Source of the DNA: Azolla caroliniana
Lineage: Eukaryota; Plantae; Polypodiophyta
NCBI GenBank assembly: GCA_043228905.1
Contig: JBHGNT010000625.1
Location: forward strand, 1-18,951
Length of the DNA stretch: 18,951 nucleotides
Direction of reading: 5' to 3'
Shown: positions 11,057-18,951 of the stretch, piece after piece
How positions within the stretch are numbered: the stretch's first letter is position 1
Layout of the letters: the number at the start of each line of letters is the position of its first letter
Notes under the pieces: model-generated
What the model was told of the DNA's origin: nothing
Database searches by the model: none
The model's input: only the letters and a program-made list of their open reading frames with translations
Made by a program: the position numbers and the translations under genes

Positions 11057-11132
11057 GATCTCTTAAACCCCTCGGTCCAAGACCCCCGCGGTCCCGCCTT
11101 AGTTTCTCCCGCATGAGCGGAACTACACGATA
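10353..11132 (+). mobile_element. Solo LTR (780 bp) of a family related to element A
   Basis: TGTCATG...CACGATA ends (terminal CA mutated to TA), flanked by GCGT at 10349-10352 and 11133-11136. TATAAAA at 10581. Homology blocks with 8181-8745. Confidence 0.88.
11011..11052 (+). repeat. (TC)n microsatellite inside the solo LTR
   Basis: About 21 TC units with one interruption. Confidence 0.95.
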
Positions 11133-12003
11133 GCGTGACCCTCTTCGGTGAACACCACCTTAGTTCCTTCCTTTTCTTTTGCTACCATCAGGTTTGCTTG
11201 ATGACCTCCTCTTCCATCTCTTCCTCGATCACGACCTCTAGTTTGTCCACGTCCTCCATATTCTCCCTCCTTAGATGGTTTAGGGCAAGCATTCTTTAAA
11301 TGACCAGCTTCACCACAATTGTAGCATTTTTTATTTTCACTTTCGCTTGAATTTGACACCATTAGTGTCGATCGTACCCTTGGAAGTCCGATAGTGTCAG
11401 AGTGCAACTTCATTCTACTCTCCTCTTGTATCATAGTCGTTATTCCCTTATCAAGTGTGGGAATTTCAGACTTGGCTAGAAGAATTGCCCTTCTTTGATC
11501 AAACGACGGGTTGAGACGTTTCAAAAATTGCATGGTTCTTCTTTGAGAAAAAAATTCCTTGCTCTTACATTAAGGATCATTGCACACTGTCACAGACGAG
11601 AAATGAGCATATTTTGCCCATGGACGCTCTAGATCTATGGCATATTCATGAATCATCCTATCTCCCTGCTAGACGACATCTATCTCCTCCTCGATTTGAA
11701 ATAATCTCATGTCATTTCCCCTCCCAGCATACATCTTTTGCAATTTCTCCCAAATCTCCTTCACACGTAAAATTCCATCAATAGTTGTGGTGATTGATGG
11801 AACCATGGAGTTGAGAAGCCACGTGCACACATGTGGGTAACTCTCAATGCTTTCCATTCATTGCTCATTTTGATAGGAGGTTCTTTCTCTTGAACCGTTA
11901 GGTAGCCATCAAGGCTTCTCCTTGCCAACGCACCTATAATCCAATGCGACCAACTCAAGTATGTGGTTGGTCCATCGAATTTGAACTCAATTGGGAGGAG
12001 TTC

Positions 12004-12388
12004 TGTAAAGAATCGATGGTGATTTTGTGCAGCAGAATAAGTTCGAGATGTGTATTGTGTGTGCGTGTGTTTGGGAAGAGGAGAGGAGAGAGACACAAGA
12101 TAGATAGAATTGAAAATAGAATACTCAAGAAGATGTATATTACAAAGGAGATTAACCAGCACATTTCAAAGTAGAAGGAGGGTGCTTTATGTAGTCACCC
12201 TCTCTCGTCATTAACTATTGAAGCTCACCGATCATGGGGAATGTGGAAATTCATTAGTTATGTGTCATAGAATATGATTCTATGACATATAGTTAATGCT
12301 ACAAAAGTAGTGGTGACTGACCTTTGAGTGTTCATACATTCTCAAGGTGTCTTCACACTCTAGACTAGGTTGAGCTTGATTCTTAACA
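12004..12388 (-). repeat. Copia-4 3' LTR (385 bp)
   Basis: Minus strand TGTTAAGAATCAAGCTCAAC...ATTCTTTACA. Both termini parallel the Copia-1 LTR. Abuts Copia-3 gag at 12003. Confidence 0.82.
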
Positions 12389-12634
12389 CGCCTACTCAAG
12401 CTCAACTCAGGTCAATTCCTTTCGGTTGATGTTCGCGTTGGTTGGTACTGTCAGAACGAAGGATAAAAGATAGAGTGATGGAAGAAGGATAGAGAAGAAT
12501 GGATGTATAAGATAGAGAAAGAAAGAGAATGGATACAAGATATGTAATGAGAGCTAAAGACTGGTGTTGATTCGAATTGATTTGAGAATACATGTATGCG
12601 CTTATTTATAGGTTCCTATAGAATAGCTTAGAGA

Positions 12635-12709
12635 TTTCTAGAATGTTCTAGAATGTTCTAGACCTAGAATGCTGTAGGACATTCTAGAACATTCTAGAAT
12701 AATCTAGAG
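12635..12709. promoter_or_regulatory. Putative heat shock element arrays in chromovirus U3 (also 15593-15667 and about 15877-15946)
   Basis: TTC-ta-GAA-tg-TTC-ta-GAA-tg-TTC and TTC-ta-GAA-ca-TTC-ta-GAA are alternating nGAAn units. They lie 25-100 bp upstream of the minus-strand TATAAAT at 12604-12610. Confidence 0.7.
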
Positions 12710-12762
12710 TTTTTACAATAATCAATGTAATACAAGAAGTAGCTTTTATTGTTTCATATAAC

Positions 12763-12835
12763 AATAAGCTATCTTAATGGTTGAGGTTTTCAAGTATGAA
12801 TTACAAGGTTCGAGGTTCAAGTCCGGGTGACGCCA
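12763..12835 (+). other. tRNA-like remnant / Pol III A-box and B-box in the chromovirus LTR (also 15721-15793 and 16000-16072)
   Basis: A-box-like TATCTTAATGG (12770), AAGGTT variable-loop-like segment, and B-box GGTTCAAGTCC (12814) 44 nt later. The acceptor stem does not pair. Confidence 0.5.
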
Positions 12836-12841
12836 TAATGG

Positions 12842-15405
12842 TCATGTGTTCATGACACTATCCCTCCTTCGAGAATGCCGAGTGGAAGTCGGCGTTAACA
12901 TTGTTGGGCCGGGCTTGTTTGGATAGTGACGATGGAAGTCGTTGACCAGAGCTTCAGCATTACAAACGTTATCGATGGGTTCCCAAGTGCGATCACTCGG
13001 AGGATAACCAAGCCAATGAACTAGATAATAAAGCTTATTGCGCACAATTTTAGAATCGAGAATAGCAGCTACCTCGTATTCGGGGCCGTCGACAAGTTGT
13101 ATAGAAGGCGGTGGTGGCACGACACGATCAGGAATTAAAGAGGTGTGGCAAGGTTCCAAAAGAGAGCTATGAAAGACAAGGTGAAGCCGCATATGTGCAG
13201 GAAGGTTAAGACGAAATGTTGCATCATTAATCTGCACCGTGATGACAAAAGGACCTAAGCGTTGATAGTCAAGCTTAGCACACGGTCGGGTAGTCTTGAT
13301 GTGACGACGAAGCAATCATACACGGTCACCAACCTTAAACGGAGACTTAAGACGATGTCGATCGGCATTGGTCTTATGGTGTGCTTGCGCTTTCTGAAGA
13401 TGTGGCGAGAACTCGAGCTGGATTTGTTGTAGTCGGTGGAGGTGATGCGCCGCACTAGGGTTTCGTGACACCTCGGGAAGATCCAGTATACACCATCGAG
13501 GGTGGTTGCCGGTGTAGGCAAAGAAAGGTGTAACTTTGGTAGAAGAGTGGACCGTGTTGTTGTATGCAAACTCAGCAAGATGTAAAATTTTACTCCAATC
13601 ATCTTGTTGATAACTAATGAAACATCGAAGATATTGCTCGAGCGTTTGATTTGTGCGCTCTGTTTGTCCGTCAGTTTGTGGATGATAAGCCGAAGAGAGT
13701 TTGCAAGAGATTTTGAGGCCTGCCCATAGGTGCTTCCAAAAGTGTGAGATAAATTGAGGACCTCGATCGCTAATAATATCATTCGGGAGACCATGATGGC
13801 GAAACACTTCACGCATAATGAGATCTGCAGTTTCTTCACTATTGATGGTCTTTACACATGGTACAAAATGTGCCATCTTGGTGAACCGATCCATTATTGT
13901 TAAAATAGTATCAAAGCCTTTGGAAGGTGGCAGATCCGTAATGAAATCCATAGAAATAGACTGCCATGGCTTGTTGGGAGGGGGTAATGGTTGTAGTAAG
14001 CCATAAGGGTGATGCCGGGGTATTTTGGCGCGACAGCAGGTGTCACAAGTGCGAACATAATCTTCGACAAATTTTTGCAAGTGAGGCCACCAAAACGAAC
14101 GTTTCACCAGCTCAATGGTCTTGGAAATACCAAAATGTCCAGCCATGGGGGCATCATGACAATGTTCCAACACTTGAAGTCGGGGTGATCCGTCGGGGAC
14201 GTAAAGGAGATTCTTGTAGAAGAGTAAACCATCTTGCCACTTGAAGTCCTTATAATGTTGAGATGACCCTGGCAATGTGGAGCAAGATGGACGACTTGAA
14301 CCACAGTGGGCTAAGACATCCTTAGCAAAATCATCTGAATGAAGTTGTTGCCGAATAGTGTCAAGAAGGGTAGAATCAAGTGGTGTGGCATAAATTGTTG
14401 TTACCTGTAGCTTTGATGGCCCGAGGAGAGTTTTCTTTTGATTGTCAAAGGCCGGATCTCCAGGTCGAAGTGCTAGATACGAACGCCGAGACAGAGCATC
14501 TGCTTTCCCTTGTTGTTTTCCGGGACGAAAAATGATCTTGAAATCGAAACGCGTTAGAAATTGGGCCCGCCGAGCTTGTCGTCTATTTAATACTCGAGCT
14601 GTTTGAAAATATGTGAGATTTTTGTGATCACTATAAATGATAATCTGATCAGGTGATCCTTCTAGAAAATGACGCCATTGCTCGAATGAGTCGACCACAG
14701 CTAGTAACTCCTTGTCATGCACCTCATAGTTTATCTCCGAAACAGTAAACTTTCTCGAGTGAAACGCGACTGGATGTATCTGCCCGTCCTCGCCTGGTTG
14801 CGATAGGATACTCCCCAATGCAAAGTCTGATGCATCCGCCTCAATAGTAAATGGCTTTTCAGGATCAATATGTGCTAGGATGGGTGCTGATGTGAATGCC
14901 TCTTTTAGCTGCGTAAAAGCCTTGTCCGCTTCGATACTCCAAAAAAATGCTTGATTTTTCTTGGTGAGTTGAGTAAGGGGCAACACAATGCTTGAATAAT
15001 TATGTATGAATTTGCGATAGAAGTTCGCAAATCCGAGGAAACACTGGACATCCCGAACTGAGCATGGGGTTTTCCATTCCAATATTGTTTGGACTTTTGC
15101 CGGGTCCATGAAAACACCCTGGGATGAAAGTGTACCCCAAAAATTCGACTTGTTTGCAATCAAAACTGCATTTCTCAAGTTTGGCGTAAAGACCATACTT
15201 CCTTAGGCGTTCAAGTACTTGCCGCACATGTATATCATGCTCCCCCTGTGTTTTAGAGTAAATCAATAGATCATCTAGGTAGATGATTAGAAAAATATCC
15301 AAGAAATCCCGGAAGATGTCATTTGCCATATGTTGGAATACGGCAGGTGCATTTGTGAGCCCGAAAGGCATGACTGTATACTCGAAATGACCATACCGAG
15401 TACGA
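12842..15405 (-). pseudogene. Chromovirus pol: truncated RT, RNase H, integrase, chromodomain
   Basis: [45 protein letters not shown]...C..C, ISMDFI, SDRGPQF, GQTER, LGPF and EYEVAAILDS...YLVHWLGY...TWEP. Frameshifts near 15135 and 13316. Confidence 0.93.
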
Positions 15406-15406
15406 C

Positions 15407-16094
15407 TGTCAGAACGAAGGATAAAAGATAGAGTGATGGAAGAAGGATAGAGAAGAATGGATGTATAAGATAGAGAAAGAAAGAGAATGGATACAAGATA
15501 TGTAATGAGAGCTAAATACTGGTGTTGATTCGAATTGATTTGAGAATACATGTATGCGCTTATTTATAGGTTCCTATAGAATAGCTTAGAGATTTCTAGA
15601 ATGTTCTAGAATGTTCTAGACCTAGAATGCTGTAGGACATTCTAGAACATTCTAGAATAATCTAGAGTTTTTACAATAATCAATGTAATACAAGAAGTAG
15701 CTTTTATTGTTTCATATAACAATAAGCTATCTTAATGGTTGAGGTTTTCAAGTATGAATTACAAGGTTCAAGGTTCAAGTCTGGGTGACGCCATAATGGT
15801 CATGTCTGACTGTTTGATTCGAATTGATTTGAGAATACATGTATGCGCTTATTTATAGGTTCCTATAGAATAGCTTAGAAATTTCTAGAATGTTCTAGAC
15901 CTAGAATGCTCTAGGACATTCTAGAACAATCTAGAATAATCTAGAGTTTTTACAATAATCAATGTAATACAAGAAGTAGCTGTTATTGTTTCATATAACA
16001 ATAAGCTATCTTAATGGTTGAGGTTTTCAAGTATGAATTACAAGGTTCGAGGTTCAAGTCCGGGTGACGCCATAATGGTCATGTGTTCATGACA
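15407..16094 (-). repeat. Chromovirus composite 5' LTR: near-complete copy 15407-15805 plus partial copy 15814-16094
   Basis: Direct repeats of 12449-12857 joined by an 8-bp filler CTGACTGT. Confidence 0.9.
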
Positions 16095-17277
16095 GGTACC
16101 CGGTTCGGATGATATCTGGTTCTCTCTTGTACTCCCCCTCAAGCTTGGCAGGTCAAGGATCATCAATCCAAGGTCTGACATGAATTGTCGAACCTTGTCA
16201 GCTCCTAGGGCTTTGGTGGAGATGTCATTTGTCTAAAGATTGGTATTGATATGTTGAAGGTTGACATCTCTAGCCTGAACGCGCTCTCGGATGAAGTGAT
16301 AGTGCACCTTTATGTGCTTTGTGCATGTGTGGAACACCGGGGTCCGAGCCAAATAAAAACTTCTCATGTTGTCGCAATAAAGGGGAGTTAGATCCTTGAT
16401 GGGAACGCCCAGATCCTTCCAAATCCTCTTGAGCCATACTGCTTCACATGCAGCCACAACCACGACCCTGTATTTGGCCTTTGTGCTCGAAAGTGCAACA
16501 TTCGGTTGCTTCTTGCTACTCCAGGATATTGCTCCGCTACCTATAAAGAAGAGAAAACCAATCCGGAGGTTGATTGTTGGTCAGCTCTATAGACGATGCC
16601 ACAATCCATTGTGCCGCTCACGTATCGTAACACTCGCTTAGTGCAATCCAAATGAATGTCACGTGACTTTTGCATGAATTGGCTAAGGAGTCTGACAGGG
16701 TAGCTGAGGTCGGGTTGAGTGATTGTGAGATAGATGAGGCTCCCGATCAGTTGTCAATATTGAGTCAGCTCACACTCTATGGTGCCAGAGTCGGCATCCA
16801 GTTTGAGGTTTCGATCGAGAGGGGTTGCCACAAATTTATACTCAGCCATCCCGAACTTGTATAACAAGTTAAGGATGTAGTGTCCTTCAGAGATCAAAAT
16901 GCCGGCTAGAGTCCGAATTACTTCAATGCCTAGGAATTAATGAAGCTCTTTCATGTCTGTCATCTCGAATTTTCTGGAGAGGTGGGACTTGACCTTGTTG
17001 ATGTCGACTAGAAGGTCCCCTCCAATGACCAAATCATCCATGTAATCGAACTTCTAGAATCACTTCTTATGTAGAGGGAGTTGTCGTATTTCGACATTCT
17101 AAAGAAGATTCGATGAAGATATTTTGTTATCTTTGAAGTCCGTAGAGTGGTTTCTTTAGTTGGCAGACTGCTTTCGGATGGGTGCTCGATTCAAAGCCGG
17201 GTGGTTGCACCATGTACACCTCCTTTTCTAATTTTCCTTGAAGAAAAGCATCCTTGACATCCATTCAATGGAGGTGA
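16095..17277 (-). pseudogene. Copia-4 RT/RNase H remnant
   Basis: [24 protein letters not shown] near 17190-17277 and AACEAVWLKR...TKHIKVHYHFIRE. Deletions include the GYTDADW segment near 16590. Confidence 0.88.
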
Positions 17278-17299
17278 TGTTGGGAAACAGGTCTTTCAA

Positions 17300-18951
17300 G
17301 ATGGTGCAGGTGTGTCGACATTCGTTGTCTCCCCCTGTTCCTAGAAAACTTCATTTCTTACATGTTGGTGAGCATTAGCAACATTATTGTCAACATTTTG
17401 TAACTTATTCTCTCTGTTTTGTTTTAGCTCTAGGATGTATCTGCTTAATTTCTTTATATCTAGAGTATCTAATAGTTTGGGAAGGGTAGGAGAGGAACCA
17501 AGTATGTGTTGGTATTTTTCCCTTATCTCCGCGTAGGTGGGACACTTGCATGTAAAGTGGTACTCATCCGCTATCTCTATGTGGCATAACCTACATATCC
17601 TTTCCTCCCTAGGGACTCCATTAGTACGACCTTTCTCAATCTCAAGTTGGTGAGATGATATTCTAAGTTGTCCAATGGCAACCCTTAGTGCATGTGGTAA
17701 CAATACATCTAGATATTTTGCCTGCATAATAAAAACTAACTTAGAGAAGTGCATGAAGTGTTCCTTATAATACAACATTTTAGATGGGAGGGGCTCTAAT
17801 GGGGTGATCCATTTATACCGAGTGTAAATTTGCCATATTTCTTAGCGTATTACTTTATTGTGGTCCTCATGAGAGATTAAAGTGTTATCAATCACGTGGT
17901 TGTACCTAAGGGGAGGGAGGTTATGACCGTTCGCAAGAAGCCAACTCACCATCATGCCATACCATGAGCTAGTATAACCGGACTCATATAGTGATCGAGA
18001 GGCCTTAAAGGCTTGATGGGCTATTCTATCATATGGTTGGCTATGTATCCTGTGGATAAAGACTACAAGTTGAAAAAGTGCCTCTACTAACATCGGGGGT
18101 AAAGTAAACTCAGCCCGAATAATGTCATGTGGTACTGTCAATTTGCTTCGGAGTTGGTGTGATAACATTATCACCAATGGTCTCTCTAATTGTGTCCACA
18201 TGAAAGATGGTAGTCCTGGAGCCCAAACCACTAATGCATACATGAGGGAGGGAGTCACTAATGAGTTAAAGAGCCACCCTTTAGTCCGTGGCTCTTGAAT
18301 GTACGCTTGATGGGATTGTCTCTCGAGGAGTGAGAGGGATGCATGTCCGCTCATAAGTCTATCTTTCCTTGCTTGTGTCATCGAAAATTTACTTGAGCAG
18401 GTACTGAAAGTGACTATGAGATAGACATATGATCCAACCACCTCAACTGGGCTATGGGAGATAGTTAGGTGACACTGAACTCTAACTTGGGCCGATGTGT
18501 GGAAGGTAAGGACTTTAGTTTTCCCTAGATTCACTACCAATCCTCGTTGTGCGCAAAAGTCATCTAAGGTGTTAAGGTGCCTTTGTAGGTTGTGTTCGGA
18601 TTCAGAGAGCAAAACTATGTCGTCTGCATAAAGCAAGATATGAACCTGCGTATCCCCAAGGACTACTTGGTTTCCTCCTTTACAAGCAATAAAATCCGTG
18701 ATCTCATGAGTGTAGATCCCAAAAAGAGTCGGAGATAGGGGCAACCTTGTTTTACACCAATAGTACTAGTGAAACACCCAGACACTTGTTCATATAGTGC
18801 GTAGATGGCCCAAACCATGTCATCTGGTATCCTCAAGCTTTTAAGCCTACCAAACAACTGCTCTCTAGGGATTGTGTCAAAGGCTTTGCGGAAGTCCACA
18901 ACAACAATATAATTTCTTCTTGCAAGCCTTAGTCTGGTCAATTAAGAATCT
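17300..18951 (-). mobile_element. Non-LTR retrotransposon ORF2 remnant, RTE-X-like (RT plus C-terminal CCHC-type motif)
   Basis: VDFRKAFD, GVKQGCP/LSP.LF, LLYADD (YADD at 18619-18630), VNLGKTK and LRISSHQLEIEKGR...ICRLC...DEYHF..KCP.Y. Frameshifts and stops are present. The left boundary is approximate and no poly(A) tail is seen. Confidence 0.82.

Larger units (their letters stand above)
8746..12003 (-). mobile_element. Copia-3: decayed Ty1/copia (Ale-like) gag-PR-INT segment, host of several insertions
   Basis: Gag KFDGPTTYLSWS, WLLNSM, MQFL..LN..F and CYNCGEAGHLKNAC; protease WIIDYGAS (DSG mutated); integrase LINRMPSRVL and KLDPRAVKCVF. The frame rejoins as EEGHALLDILK when the solo LTR is removed. 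Confidence 0.88.
12449..12857 (-). repeat. Chromovirus 3' LTR (409 bp)
   Basis: Preceded on the minus strand by the PPT GAAGGAGGGATAG (12858-12870). Three substitutions versus 15407-15805. Confidence 0.93.
12449..16094 (-). mobile_element. Ty3/gypsy chromovirus (Tcn1-like), internally deleted and young
   Basis: 5-bp TSD GGTAC (12444-12448 and 16095-16099), TGTCA...TGACA ends, and RT-RH-INT-chromodomain order. Confidence 0.93.
12004..17277 (-). mobile_element. Copia-4: decayed 3' part of a Copia-1-related element, split by the chromovirus
   Basis: RT/RH remnants at 16095-17277 rejoin 12389-12448 in frame (LDLPSLRGSTRENQISSEPGTNQREHQPKGIDLS*), followed by a PPT-like site and an LTR. Confidence 0.85.

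Noticed and set aside
12631-12710. CRISPR-like or satellite array of TCTAGA repeats
   Set aside because: 10-bp units without unique spacers inside a eukaryotic LTR; better explained as HSE-like arrays.
12763-12835. Functional tRNA gene
   Set aside because: The acceptor and anticodon stems do not pair and the T-stem is only partial. Kept only as a remnant.
13255-13839. 194-aa alternative-frame ORF over the chromovirus integrase
   Set aside because: Overlapping off-frame ORF with no motifs; no support for a separate gene.
15000-15551. 183-aa ORF with a hydrophobic N-terminus fused to RT (possible membrane-anchored or env-like protein)
   Set aside because: The N-terminus is translated pyrimidine-rich LTR sequence. 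The same peptide appears at 12402-12593, and the fusion results from the deletion.
17278-17340. TGTTGGGAAACAGGTC resembling the Copia-2 LTR start, plus a PPT-like AGGGGGAG on the minus strand
   Set aside because: The similarity is only about 10-15 nt and no further LTR sequence follows. More likely the LINE 3' end at a deletion junction.

Overview
The window is almost entirely transposon-derived: a nested cluster of plant retroelements with no host gene. The element mix (Tcn1-like chromovirus, RTE-X-like LINE, tRNA-Trp-primed gypsy-like element) suggests a non-seed land plant such as a bryophyte; this is inference. Reconstructed by hand from left to right: (1) the 3' half of Copia-1 (+; RT-RNaseH, PPT, 3' LTR 2165-2538). 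(2) A near full-length, decayed Tnt1/Tork-like Copia-2 (-; 2718-7836). (3) Both sit inside the gag region of gypsy-like element A (-; 5' LTR 8181-8745, PBS-Trp), part of whose gag is duplicated on both sides of Copia-2. (4) Element A, a related solo LTR (10353-11132) and Copia-4 (-; a Copia-1 relative, 3' LTR 12004-12388) are inserted in a decayed Ale-like Copia-3 (-). (5) Copia-4 carries a young, gag-less chromovirus (12449-16094, TSD GGTAC). (6) A decayed RTE-X-like LINE ORF2 (-) ends the window. Best leads: heat-shock-element arrays and a tRNA-like A/B-box remnant in the chromovirus LTR; a conserved hairpin around the PPT plus a duplicated PPT in Copia-1/4; a long target duplication with a defective LTR end at Copia-2; and a probable 4-bp RCGY target for the gypsy-A family. 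All identities are hand counts.
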